This document shows positions 51,163-61,696 of a stretch of 64,000 nt of DNA, in pieces; position 1 is the stretch's first letter, and every line of letters begins with the position of its first letter. A program made the translations under genes and the position numbers. The notes under the pieces were generated by a model. It searched no databases, had not been told where the DNA came from, and was given only the letters and a program-made list of their open reading frames with translations. This stretch comes from Acholeplasma sp. (GTDB taxonomy: Bacteria; Bacillota_I; Bacilli_A; Acholeplasmatales; UBA5453), in contig JAVBWN010000027.1 of NCBI GenBank assembly GCA_036677365.1, positions 28,238 to 92,237 on the forward strand, read 5' to 3'.

Positions 51163-52380
51163 ATGAAAAAATTATTTTCACTGATGTTGGTGTTGATTTC
51201 AGTTTTTGGATTAGCTGCATGTCAACCCAAGGAAGAAGCGTTAGAAGAGGTTTCACTCACGGTCTGGGCATCTGAACTCGATCAAACATTGATGCAAACA
51301 ATGATTGAAAGTTTCAAAGAAGCCTACAAAGATGAAGCCATCTTTACAATCACATTAGGTGCAGTATCTGAAGCAACTGCAAAAGACCAAGTACTCAATG
51401 ATATTGAAGCAGCAGCAGACGTATTCGCATTCGCAGATGACCAAATCAACGAATTGTATGTCGCTGGTGCTTTACAAGAAGTCCAAGAAAATACCGCAGA
51501 AGTCATCGCTGCCAATGGTGGCGCTGAAGCTGGGGCCATCAAAGCTGCGACCAAAAATGGTAAACTATACGCTTACCCAATGACTGCAGACAATGGTTAT
51601 TTCTTATTCTATGACAAATCTGTTTATTCAGAAAATGACGTCAAAACATTGGATGGTATATTAGCGAAGGCACAAGCCGATGGGTCTAAATTCACCATGC
51701 AAATCAACAATGGTTGGTATTTGTATTCTTTCTTTGCAGGTGCTGGGTTACAATTAACCTATAATGGAACTGTCAACAGTGTAAATTGGAACAACGCAAC
51801 TGGTGTTAAGGTCACTGAATCGATCATTCGTATGGCAACACACCCAGGTTACATCAACTTGAATGACGCTGGATTCGTTTCTGGCGTTAAGGATGGCTCC
51901 GTATCGGCTGGTGTCAATGGGGTTTGGAACGCAACTGAAGCACAAAATAAATGGGGTGCAAATTACGCAGCAACCAAGTTACCAACGTATACATTGGATG
52001 GTCAACAAGTCCAAATGAGTTCATTTGCTGGTTATAAATTGATGGGTGTCAACGCATTGACATTACAACCTTACTGGGCAATGAAATTGGCTGAATGGTT
52101 CACCAATGAAGACAATCAAATTCTACGCTTTCAAGAACGTGGATTAGGGCCTTCAAACGTAAACGCTGCAAATTCCACAGAAGTCAAAGCTTCTCCAGCC
52201 ATTTCTGCCCTTGCACAACAAGGGGCTTTCGCAACCGTTCAAAATGTTGGTGGTAACTATTGGTCACCAACCGAAACCTTTGGTAATATGATTGTGAATG
52301 CTGAATTAACACTTCAAGGCAACATCCAAGAAGCACTCAATATCATGGTTCAAGGTATTGTTGCTCAACCGATTGGATAA
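51163..52380 (+). CDS. Galacto-oligosaccharide ABC transporter substrate-binding lipoprotein
   Basis: Lipobox LAAC, AADVFAFADDQ, LYAYP; galactan locus context. Confidence 0.88.
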   Translation: MKKLFSLMLVLISVFGLAACQPKEEALEEVSLTVWASELDQTLMQTMIESFKEAYKDEAIFTITLGAVSEATAKDQVLNDIEAAADVFAFADDQINELYVAGALQEVQENTAEVIAANGGAEAGAIKAATKNGKLYAYPMTADNGYFLFYDKSVYSENDVKTLDGILAKAQADGSKFTMQINNGWYLYSFFAGAGLQLTYNGTVNSVNWNNATGVKVTESIIRMATHPGYINLNDAGFVSGVKDGSVSAGVNGVWNATEAQNKWGANYAATKLPTYTLDGQQVQMSSFAGYKLMGVNALTLQPYWAMKLAEWFTNEDNQILRFQERGLGPSNVNAANSTEVKASPAISALAQQGAFATVQNVGGNYWSPTETFGNMIVNAELTLQGNIQEALNIMVQGIVAQPIG

Positions 52381-52401
52381 TCGTTTCATCAATTTGGGTC
52401 A

Positions 52402-52426
52402 AAGGAATGCACGGCGTGCATTCCTT
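52402..52426 (+). other. Intercistronic stem-loop without U-tract after the SBP gene
   Basis: aaggaatgcac ggc gtgcattcctt perfect 11-bp stem. Confidence 0.75.
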
Positions 52427-52448
52427 CACCCTTTACACGAGGTCTACT

Positions 52449-53960
52449 ATGCACATCCTTCAACATTTGAATCGATATCTTGTAAAAAAACTTAAACAAT
52501 TGACTATTCAAATACATTCCCTAGGATCTAAAATGAAAAAAGGCTTTTTGAATCTTTTTCAAGACTTTCGATTTGGGGATATCTACGTTAAATTATCCTT
52601 ACTATTTATGGGGATAGGTTTTTTTAGAAGACATCAAATCATCAAAGGCATTCTATTTTCTATACTTCAAATCGGTTTTATTCTATTTTTGATATTTACC
52701 GGCATTCCAAATCTATCTAAATACAATACCTTAGGTACAATTCAATTTGAATCTGTGTATAATCCGATCACACGTCGCAATGAAGTGAATGATTATGACC
52801 ATTCATTTAAGATATTGTTATATGGGTTAATCAGCATCATCGTAATTTTTACTTATGTTTACATTCATCTAAAAAACATTCAAACACAGCGAAAACTCCA
52901 GTTATTGGAAGAAAAAGGCGTACATATCAACACCTTTAAAGAAGACTTAATCGAGTTAAAGGACAACCGTTTTCACGTTACACTGTTAACATTACCCGTC
53001 TCCGGTATCATATTCTTTACCATTATTCCGTTATTGTTCATGATTTTGGTGGCATTCACCAATTATGACCAATTACACATGCCACCAACCAAATTATTCA
53101 CGTGGGTCGGATTCAGAAACTTCGAGATATTGCTGACCACAGGTTCAAATACCGTTACATTTGGATATGCATTCAGAAAAGTCCTGACCTGGACACTGAC
53201 TTGGGCATTTTTCGCAACATTCCTCAATTATATTGGTGGCATTGTTCTCGCTTTACTGATCAACAGCAAATATACCAAAGTTCCAAAATTGTGGCGAACC
53301 ATCTTTGTCATCACCATCGCAGTACCACAATTCGTATCACTGTTGTTGGTCAGACATTTCTTCGCCGATCAAGGTATCATGAACACCTTGCTCAGCGCTG
53401 ATATCCCGTTTTTAAATGATTATTCTTGGATTGATTTCATTCGTCAAATGGGTTTAATCAAAGCCAATCGTGAGTTCGTTCCATTCTTAACAGACCCTGT
53501 GTGGTCCAAAGTAATGTTGATTTTGATCAATTGCTGGATTGGATTTCCATATGTGATGCTCATCACCACAGGCGTACTCATGAATATTCCTAAAGATTTA
53601 TATGAATCGGCTGAAATCGATGGGGCCAACAAGTTTCAATTGTTCGCGAAAATCACGATGCCTTATATGTTATTCGTCACAGCCCCGTATTTAATCACCA
53701 ATTTTGTCCATAACTTAAATAACTTCAACGTCATTTATTTATTGACCTCAACACGGGTAACATCGAATCAATTGCTTGCGAATGCGAATGCATCCGATAC
53801 CGATTTGCTTGTTACATGGTTATTCAAATTGACACAAGATTACTACAACTATAAGATGGCATCCGTCATCGGGATCATGATGTTCTTATTATCCGCCATT
53901 TTTACACTATTGGCATTTAATTACACCATCAAATCGAATAAGGAGGACCGTTTCCAATGA
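52449..53960 (+). CDS. Galacto-oligosaccharide ABC permease (MalF/GanP type)
   Basis: LYESAEIDGAN, FNVIYLLT; start set at the ATG after GAGG. Confidence 0.9.
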   Translation: MHILQHLNRYLVKKLKQLTIQIHSLGSKMKKGFLNLFQDFRFGDIYVKLSLLFMGIGFFRRHQIIKGILFSILQIGFILFLIFTGIPNLSKYNTLGTIQFESVYNPITRRNEVNDYDHSFKILLYGLISIIVIFTYVYIHLKNIQTQRKLQLLEEKGVHINTFKEDLIELKDNRFHVTLLTLPVSGIIFFTIIPLLFMILVAFTNYDQLHMPPTKLFTWVGFRNFEILLTTGSNTVTFGYAFRKVLTWTLTWAFFATFLNYIGGIVLALLINSKYTKVPKLWRTIFVITIAVPQFVSLLLVRHFFADQGIMNTLLSADIPFLNDYSWIDFIRQMGLIKANREFVPFLTDPVWSKVMLILINCWIGFPYVMLITTGVLMNIPKDLYESAEIDGANKFQLFAKITMPYMLFVTAPYLITNFVHNLNNFNVIYLLTSTRVTSNQLLANANASDTDLLVTWLFKLTQDYYNYKMASVIGIMMFLLSAIFTLLAFNYTIKSNKEDRFQ

Positions 53961-54838
53961 GTAAAACAGCACAACAAATTAAAAATGCAGCTAAACTCAA
54001 GAAACGCATCCGTACTGTCATTCATAATGGCTTACTCGCGGTGATTTCCTTCTTTTGGCTGATTCCGATATTTTGGTTGATTGCTTCCGCATTCAATACC
54101 GACCGTGGGGTCAATATTCGCCAATTTTTCCCAACCACATGGACACTCGATAATTTTTATCAACTATTTTTTCAAACCGACAGTGTAGCCAACTTCCCGA
54201 GATGGTTCTTAAATACCCTTACGGTTGCAGTGTTTGCTTGCATCATTTCGAGTTTATTTGTTTTGATGGTCTCTTATACGATGAGCCGATTAAGATTCAA
54301 TATGCGTAAACCTTTGATGAATGTGGGGATTATTTTAGGGTTATTCCCAGGCGTTTTATCGATGATTGCGATATATTTCATTTTAAAATCATTGGGTTTA
54401 ACTGACAGTTTATTGGCCTTAATCATTGTGTATTCAGCCAGTTCTGGATTGGGCTATTTGGTTGCGAAAGGGTTTTTCGATACCATTCCAAAATCGCTCG
54501 ATGAAGCTGCGCGGATCGATGGTGCGACGCAATGGGATGTCTTTTGGCGAATCATCATCCCGTTATCGAGACCAATCATCGTATATACCGTATTGTTGGC
54601 ATTCTTAGCGCCATGGGTCGATTTCGTGTTTGCAAACATCATCATGACCTCCCGAGATACCAATAAATTTACCGTTGCAATTGGACTTTATAACATGTTG
54701 GACCGCAATTTGGTGAACAATTATTTCTCATTATTTACTGCTGGCGCAGTGGTGGTTTCGATTCCAATTTCAGTGCTGTTCATTTTTATGCAAAAGTTTT
54801 ATGTTGAAGGCGTTACAGGTGGGTCTGTTAAAGGATAA
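53957..54838 (+). CDS. Galacto-oligosaccharide ABC permease (MalG/GanQ type)
   Basis: KGFFDTIPKSLDEAARIDGA, GVTGGSVKG. Confidence 0.92.
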   Translation: MSKTAQQIKNAAKLKKRIRTVIHNGLLAVISFFWLIPIFWLIASAFNTDRGVNIRQFFPTTWTLDNFYQLFFQTDSVANFPRWFLNTLTVAVFACIISSLFVLMVSYTMSRLRFNMRKPLMNVGIILGLFPGVLSMIAIYFILKSLGLTDSLLALIIVYSASSGLGYLVAKGFFDTIPKSLDEAARIDGATQWDVFWRIIIPLSRPIIVYTVLLAFLAPWVDFVFANIIMTSRDTNKFTVAIGLYNMLDRNLVNNYFSLFTAGAVVVSIPISVLFIFMQKFYVEGVTGGSVKG

Positions 54839-54866
54839 AAGCACTGAACATCAGTGCTTTATCTTT
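54838..54866 (+). terminator. Hairpin/terminator after the ABC genes
   Basis: aaagcactga aca tcagtgcttt. Confidence 0.6.
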
Positions 54867-54903
54867 GTATCTATAGTATAATTTGATTAGAAGGTGACTT
54901 TTT

Positions 54904-56058
54904 ATGGAACTTAAACAAACATTTGAACAAACGTATCAAACCAAACCAGAAAGACTGTATTATTCACCAGGACGTGTCAATTTGATTGGGGAACACATCG
55001 ATTACAATGGTGGGTTGGTGTTTCCTGCTGCCATCTCAATTGGTACGTACGCAGCCATTAGAAAAAGAGATGACCAAACCCTCCGTTTTTATTCATCGAA
55101 CTTTAAAGACCAAGGTATGGTCACATGTCAACTATCGGATTTATCCTACCAATCCAACCATGGTTGGGTCAATTATGCGAAAGGCATCATTCAAACATTC
55201 ATCGATCGAGGGTACAAAATTACGCACGGGTTAGATATCTTAGTCTTAGGTAACTTACCACCAGCGTCTGGGCTGTCCTCAAGTGCCTCACTCGAAGTAT
55301 TGATCGGTTATATTTTTAGCGATGTGTTCAATTTGGGTATGACACGTGAAGACCTCGCCTTGATTGGACAATACGTCGAAAACAATTATATGGGCATGCA
55401 TTGTGGCATCATGGACCAATTGATCATCGCGAAAGGCGTATCCAATCAAGCCCTCATCATGAATACCAAAACTTTAGAGACCAAACCCGTTAACGCGACG
55501 TTTGAAGGGTATACCTGGGTCATCATGAATACCAATTATAAGCGTAAAAATACCGATTCCAAATACAACGAACGGGTTTCTGAATGTCAAGCGGTATTAA
55601 AACGCGTTCAAACCAAAATCGATGTAAAAACCTTGTGTGAAATCACACCTACACAATTCGAAAGCTTACAATATTTGATTGAAGACCCCGTTTTAGTCAA
55701 ACGATTTAAACACGTAGTGACTGAACAAGCCCGCGTCATCGAAGCTGAAAAACGCATGGCAGATTTGGATGCCATCGGGTTCGGTGTGCTCTTAAATGCT
55801 TCCCATGCTTCACTAAAAAACGATTATGAAGTGACTGGTTTACACTTAGATGTCTTGGTTGAAGGTGCGATGTTGGCAGGTGCGATTGGTTCAAGGGTGA
55901 CTGGTGCTGGGTTTGGTGGCTGTGCCATCGCTTTGGTACCAAACAGCAAGTTACCTCAATTTGAATCTCTCGTACAATCCCACTACATCCAGCATACAGG
56001 ACTGATGCCTGCTTTTTATGATGTCATATTTACGGATGGGGTGAAGCGCATTGAATAA
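54904..56058 (+). CDS. galK: Galactokinase
   Basis: PGRVNLIGEHIDY, GLSSSAS, CGIMDQ, GAGFGG. Confidence 0.97.
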   Translation: MELKQTFEQTYQTKPERLYYSPGRVNLIGEHIDYNGGLVFPAAISIGTYAAIRKRDDQTLRFYSSNFKDQGMVTCQLSDLSYQSNHGWVNYAKGIIQTFIDRGYKITHGLDILVLGNLPPASGLSSSASLEVLIGYIFSDVFNLGMTREDLALIGQYVENNYMGMHCGIMDQLIIAKGVSNQALIMNTKTLETKPVNATFEGYTWVIMNTNYKRKNTDSKYNERVSECQAVLKRVQTKIDVKTLCEITPTQFESLQYLIEDPVLVKRFKHVVTEQARVIEAEKRMADLDAIGFGVLLNASHASLKNDYEVTGLHLDVLVEGAMLAGAIGSRVTGAGFGGCAIALVPNSKLPQFESLVQSHYIQHTGLMPAFYDVIFTDGVKRIE

Positions 56059-57013
56059 ATTTATCACGATTGAAAACCCGTATCTTAAAGTCATGGTTTC
56101 AACTTTAGGGGCTGGCATATACCAGATTTATTTAAAATCTGATCAAGACATCCCTGTTTTAATCACCAATGCCAATCCAAAAGACTATTTGACCAGTTCA
56201 AATTATTATGGAAAAACCATTGGTCGAATTTCAGGACGCCTATTTGGTCCAAACTACACTTTGAATCAACAACTCTATAAAGTGGAATGCAATCCCAATA
56301 GCCCCTACATGCTCCATGGGGGTAAGGACGGTTTATGGGTTCAACCTTTCAAGATTACATATCAAAAATCCGATGAGGTTGTGCTATCTTATCTTGAGGC
56401 TGCGACCACGACATTCCCAGGACAACTTCAAGTCGATGTGATTTATCGTCTCCTTGAAAAGACCCTCCACATAGAGTTTAAAGCCACAAGCACTGAAGAT
56501 ACACTGTGTAATTTAACCAACCATGTGTATTTCAACCTAAATATCGATGCGGGTGATGTTTTAGACCACCATTTGTCCTTAAATTCGTATAAATACAATG
56601 TGTTAGACGATCAATATCGCTTCATTGAACAAAGGGATGTGAAACAAACACCATTTGACTTTATGGAACCAAAACCGCTTAGGAACGGCGTTTTAGCGTT
56701 ATCCAATACCGCTCAAAAAGGGTTAGATCATTGTTTCATCAAATCAGATGGACGTTGGGTTGGATCACTCTTTGAACCCAACTCAAAAAGACGTTTGAAT
56801 GTCTATAGTGATTACCCAAGCGTTGTCATTTATACCCATAATTTCAGTTCAAGAAAACCACTCAATACGCTTACCCCACAAGGCATCCACTCAAGCATTA
56901 CATTTGAGTGCCAATACGAACCTGATGGCATCCACCATGACGTATTGAATCAAGCCATATTGAAGAAAAACCATCCGTATCATCACTACATCGATTTTGA
57001 ATTTGAGTTTTAG
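56051..57013 (+). CDS. galM: Aldose 1-epimerase (galactose mutarotase)
   Basis: IGRISGR, LHGG, NLTNHVYFNL, TPFDF; TTG start. Confidence 0.9.
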   Translation: MNKFITIENPYLKVMVSTLGAGIYQIYLKSDQDIPVLITNANPKDYLTSSNYYGKTIGRISGRLFGPNYTLNQQLYKVECNPNSPYMLHGGKDGLWVQPFKITYQKSDEVVLSYLEAATTTFPGQLQVDVIYRLLEKTLHIEFKATSTEDTLCNLTNHVYFNLNIDAGDVLDHHLSLNSYKYNVLDDQYRFIEQRDVKQTPFDFMEPKPLRNGVLALSNTAQKGLDHCFIKSDGRWVGSLFEPNSKRRLNVYSDYPSVVIYTHNFSSRKPLNTLTPQGIHSSITFECQYEPDGIHHDVLNQAILKKNHPYHHYIDFEFEF

Positions 57014-57021
57014 GAGGTCCT

Positions 57022-58461
57022 ATGAACGCCATACTCGCATTAGTCACTTATGGAATGAAACACCAATGGATTCATGGTCCAAATCCAAGTTTACAAAAAT
57101 TATGTTCACTTTATAAAATACCCCTTTTGGACCATCAAACCGTCGATGATGACATCGAATCTGTCATGGAAATACTTCTAAATCATGGCTTTGAACTCGG
57201 GTTATTTTCACCCAATACCCTCACCGAACGTGACGCTTTTGAAGCTTATCTATTCGATATGGTGATGCCAACCCCAAGTGAAACCAAAATGACGTTCTTA
57301 CGGCTTTATCAACAAAATCGTCGTAAAGCGTTTGAATACCTGTACCATTTATCGCTGGATGTCAATTACATCAAATCCAAACGTATTGCCCAAAATGTGT
57401 CATTCGATTTTGACAGTACTTATGGCAAAATTGAACTCACCATCAACTTATCTAAGCCCGAAAAAGACCCCAAAGATATTGCGAAAGCATTGGAACAAAA
57501 AGATATACCGAAAACAGGCCCAAAATGCTTAATTTGTAAGGAAAATGAGCACAATTATGACAATGCAAGAATGAATTTACGCATTGTTCCCATCACTTTA
57601 CATAAGCGACTGTGGCATTTTCAGTATTCACCTTATGCCTATTATCCGGAACATTGTATCGTATTGAGTGATACCCATGTACCAATGAGAATGTGTCCAG
57701 AAACCTTCCATTATTTGCTTGATTTCATCGATTATATGCCGGATTATTTCATCGGTTCGAACGCTGATATTCCGATTGTCGGTGGTTCCATTTTGGACCA
57801 TGACCATTTTCAAGGGGGTAAATACCATTTCCCAATTGAACAAGCAACGACCATAAAACTCTATACTCAAGGTGATTTAACCATTAAACACCTGTATTGG
57901 CCATTATCTACCATACGTCTAGAAAGTCAAAATCGAGAATCCATTTTAAGGCTGTCTAATCACATTTTGAAATTATGGTCAACCTATGATAACGAACCAC
58001 TCGATATCCTGTCAAAATCCTATGGTTTACATAATACAATCACGCCGATTGCGAGAAAACTCGGCGATTCGTATCAAATGGACATCATATTACGTAACAA
58101 TCGCGTAAATACCACTTATCCAGAAGGTATTTTTCACCCGCATAGAGATGTTCAACACATCAAAAAGGAAAACATAGGACTCATTGAAGCGATGGGTTTG
58201 GCGATTTTACCTGGTCGACTCAAAGCTGAATTAAATCAATCCCTAGATTATCTATTAAATGGGACAAACTACCCTGAGTTGGCCATCCATCAATCTTGGT
58301 TAGATGCTTTAAAGCAACAACAAACCATCCACACGATGCGCGATTTAGAAACAGCTGTTGGTTTGAAATTCCAGACTGTTTTAGAGCACGCTGGTGTATT
58401 TAAACTCAATCCAAAAGGCATCCAAGCCATGGATGCATTCATCCGAATGTGCATAAAATAA
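57022..58461 (+). CDS. galT: Galactose-1-phosphate uridylyltransferase (Firmicutes type II)
   Basis: TINLSKPEKDPK, QYSPY, GGSILDHDHFQGG, HIKKENIGLIE. Confidence 0.94.
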   Translation: MNAILALVTYGMKHQWIHGPNPSLQKLCSLYKIPLLDHQTVDDDIESVMEILLNHGFELGLFSPNTLTERDAFEAYLFDMVMPTPSETKMTFLRLYQQNRRKAFEYLYHLSLDVNYIKSKRIAQNVSFDFDSTYGKIELTINLSKPEKDPKDIAKALEQKDIPKTGPKCLICKENEHNYDNARMNLRIVPITLHKRLWHFQYSPYAYYPEHCIVLSDTHVPMRMCPETFHYLLDFIDYMPDYFIGSNADIPIVGGSILDHDHFQGGKYHFPIEQATTIKLYTQGDLTIKHLYWPLSTIRLESQNRESILRLSNHILKLWSTYDNEPLDILSKSYGLHNTITPIARKLGDSYQMDIILRNNRVNTTYPEGIFHPHRDVQHIKKENIGLIEAMGLAILPGRLKAELNQSLDYLLNGTNYPELAIHQSWLDALKQQQTIHTMRDLETAVGLKFQTVLEHAGVFKLNPKGIQAMDAFIRMCIK

Positions 58462-58484
58462 CCAATCGAATTGGTTATTTTTTT
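58456..58484 (+). terminator. Intrinsic terminator after galT
   Basis: aataaccaat cga attggttatt + T-run. Confidence 0.8.
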
Positions 58485-58527
58485 CCTTATTATGTAAACC
58501 TATGTTATAATTGTACTGGGTGATGAT

Positions 58528-59619
58528 ATGAAAGGTCTTTACGTACACATCCCGTTTTGTGAACACATTTGTTTTTATTGTGATTTCGCAAAAAGGGTGG
58601 CTAAAAACAGAGAAATGATCGATGAATACTTGACATATCTCAAACAGGAATTCAATCAATTGCCCGAAACAGACAAAACATTCGATACAATTTACATCGG
58701 TGGTGGGACACCTTCGATGCTAGACATCCAGCAGTTAACCACCCTCTTTGAATTATTCAAAGGGTTGAACCCCATCGAATATACCATTGAAGTTAATCCC
58801 GAATCCTATTCGCACGACAAAGGGTTATTATTTAAACACTATGGCATCAATCGTGTGAGTTTGGGTGTTCAATCGTTCGAACCATCGATATTAGAATACA
58901 TTGGTCGAAAGCACTCTAATGATCAAGTCATCTATGCCATAAACGATTTGAATTCACTGGGCATCGATAACATTAGCATCGATTTAATCTTCGCGATTCC
59001 CGGTCAAACCATGGCCTCGATTGAACATGATTTAGACATGGTATCGACATTACCAATTAAACATATCAGCTATTACTCATTGATATTAGAAGAAAAAACG
59101 GTATTCTATCATCAATATTTGAAGAAGCAATTTAGAAAAGCCGACATCGATTTAGAAGCAGACATGTATGAGTATATTCTAAAACGTTTGAATCAGTTGG
59201 GTTTTACACAATACGAAATTTCGAATTTTACCAAAGGCGACCACGCATCGATGCATAACCAATTGTATTGGTCGATGGACCCTTATATAGGCATCGGTGC
59301 TGGCGCACATGGTTTTGATGGTCATACACGTTATCAAAATCATCGGTTATTACCCCATTATTATGAATCTTTTAGACAGTCCTCATTTGTAGAAAGTCCA
59401 TCTCAATATCTATCGGATACGCTCATTTTTGGATTGCGTCGTTTGGAAGGATTACACCTGCCAACCATCGAATCCAAATTTGGGATTCGATTATTTGAAA
59501 AGTATCCTAAGTTGCACCAACTTCAGTCGCTGGGATTGATTGAGGTCGTGGATGATTACCTACGATTAACAAAAAAAGGATTACTTTTAGGTAATCAAGT
59601 GTTCGAGGTGTTCTTATGA
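58528..59619 (+). CDS. hemW: Radical SAM heme chaperone HemW (HemN-like)
   Basis: YVHIPFCEHICFYCDF, GGGTPS, YEISNF, HNQLYW. Confidence 0.92.
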   Translation: MKGLYVHIPFCEHICFYCDFAKRVAKNREMIDEYLTYLKQEFNQLPETDKTFDTIYIGGGTPSMLDIQQLTTLFELFKGLNPIEYTIEVNPESYSHDKGLLFKHYGINRVSLGVQSFEPSILEYIGRKHSNDQVIYAINDLNSLGIDNISIDLIFAIPGQTMASIEHDLDMVSTLPIKHISYYSLILEEKTVFYHQYLKKQFRKADIDLEADMYEYILKRLNQLGFTQYEISNFTKGDHASMHNQLYWSMDPYIGIGAGAHGFDGHTRYQNHRLLPHYYESFRQSSFVESPSQYLSDTLIFGLRRLEGLHLPTIESKFGIRLFEKYPKLHQLQSLGLIEVVDDYLRLTKKGLLLGNQVFEVFL

Positions 59620-60521
59620 AGTATCTTATCAACGAATACCAATACTATCTAAAACGTGAAAAAGGATTGAGTCATAACACCATAACGGCTTACCTAAGAG
59701 ATTTAGAGCAGTATCGAATGTATCTAGAAAAAAACTATGAAATTACCAAAATTCAAAAAATAGAGCGAAAACACATTGAGGCTTTCCTTAAAAATTTGAA
59801 TAAAAAAGCCTTATCTTCAAAATCATTATCGAGAAAACTCACGGCGATCAAAGGTTTTCATCAATTTTTACTCATTGAGAACGAAATCGATCATAATATC
59901 GCTTATGACATAGAATCACCCAAGGTAGAAAAATCACTACCTCAAGTGCTTTCAGTTCAAGAGGTGGTACAAATCATTGAAGCTGTGAAAGGGTCTGATC
60001 CATTATCCATCAGGAATCAAGCCTTGCTTGAACTCATCTACGGTTCAGGTTTGCGTGTTTCAGAATTACTCGACTTAAAAACAGCCGATATCCATCTTTT
60101 AGAAGGGTATGTTCGTGTGGTTGGTAAAGGCAATAAGGAACGGGAAGTCCCACTGGGCGAGCTATCGATTCAAGCCCTTCGTCTTTATTTGACAAAATCA
60201 CGAAATCAACTTACAATTAATAGCATAGATTATTTATTTTTAAATCAAGATGGACAACGCCTATCTCGCCAAGGCTTCTTCAAAATATTGAGGAAGATTG
60301 CTAAAAGCGCTGGCATTGAACGAGACGTTTCACCACACACCTTACGTCACTCATTCGCTACCCATTTATTGGAAGCCGGTGTTGATTTGAGGACGTTACA
60401 AGAGTTATTGGGTCATGAAGATATCCAAACAACTCAAATCTATACACACATCAGTCAAAAACATTTAAAAGATGTCTATTTAAATACACATCCACGAGCA
60501 AAGGAGAAAAACAATGTATAA
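59616..60521 (+). CDS. xerD: Tyrosine recombinase XerD
   Basis: [33 protein letters not shown]; upstream of deoB as in other Bacillota. Confidence 0.9.
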   Translation: MKYLINEYQYYLKREKGLSHNTITAYLRDLEQYRMYLEKNYEITKIQKIERKHIEAFLKNLNKKALSSKSLSRKLTAIKGFHQFLLIENEIDHNIAYDIESPKVEKSLPQVLSVQEVVQIIEAVKGSDPLSIRNQALLELIYGSGLRVSELLDLKTADIHLLEGYVRVVGKGNKEREVPLGELSIQALRLYLTKSRNQLTINSIDYLFLNQDGQRLSRQGFFKILRKIAKSAGIERDVSPHTLRHSFATHLLEAGVDLRTLQELLGHEDIQTTQIYTHISQKHLKDVYLNTHPRAKEKNNV

Positions 60522-61686
60522 ACGCGTATTTTTAATTGTCATGGACAGCCTCGGGTGCGGTGAAGCACCGGATGCGAAAGATTACAATGACGTGGGTTCG
60601 AACACCATCGGACATATCGCAGAAAAAATGAATTTGCACATTCCAAACATGCAAAAATTAGGTTATGGTAACATCGTTCCAATCAAAGGGGTCCCTGCGG
60701 CATCGAACCCTCAAGCAAGTTTTACCAAAATTCAAGAAGCTTCGGTCGGAAAAGATACCATGACTGGACACTGGGAAATGATGGGGTTATACATCACTGA
60801 ACCTTTCCAAACATTTACCGATACTGGCTTTCCTAAGGCCTTACTCGATGAATTATCGAAACGAACTGGCAGAGCAATCATTGGTAATGTCGCAGCCTCA
60901 GGCACTGAAATTCTCACGGAGCTTGGTGAAGAACACATGCGTAGTGGCGCATTGATTGTGTATACCTCAGCGGACTCTGTTTTACAAATCGCGATGCATG
61001 AAGACATCATTCCACTGGATGAACAATACCGAATTTGTGAAATTGCTCGTGAAATCACCATGAAAGATGAATGGAAGGTAGCCCGTGTCATTGCTAGACC
61101 TTTTGTTGGTACAAACAAGAATGACTTTAAACGTACAGCCAATCGTCACGACTACGCTGTCAAACCATTCGCCAAAACGACCCTCAATTTCATGGATGAA
61201 AAAGGCTTAGATGTCATCGCTTTAGGTAAAATCAATGACATTTTCGTTGGTGAAGGCATCAATCATTACGAACGTACACAGTCCAATGAGGATGGTATGG
61301 ACAAAATCATCAAGATTGCTAAAAACCACCCATTTAAAGGGCTCTGTTTCTTAAATTTAGTCGATTTTGATGCTTTATATGGCCACAGACGCGACCCGAT
61401 TGGGTATGGTAAAGCGATTGAATCCTTTGACCGTGACCTACCTAAATTATTGGAATACATGAATGAAGACGATTTGCTCATGATCACAGCCGATCATGGC
61501 AATGACCCAACACATCATGGTACAGACCATACCCGTGAATATGTGCCACTATTGGTATATGCCAAAGGTAAACCTGGCAAAGCCTTGCCGGTGATGAAGA
61601 CGTTTGCTGACATCGCAGCGACAATATCAGACAATTTTAAAGTTGAAAAGACCGAAAATGGTAAATCCTTTTTGGATCTAATATAA
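60514..61686 (+). CDS. deoB: Phosphopentomutase
   Basis: [38 protein letters not shown]. Confidence 0.97.
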   Translation: MYKRVFLIVMDSLGCGEAPDAKDYNDVGSNTIGHIAEKMNLHIPNMQKLGYGNIVPIKGVPAASNPQASFTKIQEASVGKDTMTGHWEMMGLYITEPFQTFTDTGFPKALLDELSKRTGRAIIGNVAASGTEILTELGEEHMRSGALIVYTSADSVLQIAMHEDIIPLDEQYRICEIAREITMKDEWKVARVIARPFVGTNKNDFKRTANRHDYAVKPFAKTTLNFMDEKGLDVIALGKINDIFVGEGINHYERTQSNEDGMDKIIKIAKNHPFKGLCFLNLVDFDALYGHRRDPIGYGKAIESFDRDLPKLLEYMNEDDLLMITADHGNDPTHHGTDHTREYVPLLVYAKGKPGKALPVMKTFADIAATISDNFKVEKTENGKSFLDLI

Positions 61687-61696
61687 GGAGGACACT

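Noticed and set aside
52407..52448. Upstream ATG of the permease
   Set aside because: Buried in the 11-bp hairpin with no RBS
59616..60521. Tyrosine recombinase as sign of an integrative element
   Set aside because: XerD-like, embedded in hemW-xerD-deoB housekeeping synteny, with no att repeats or cargo seen
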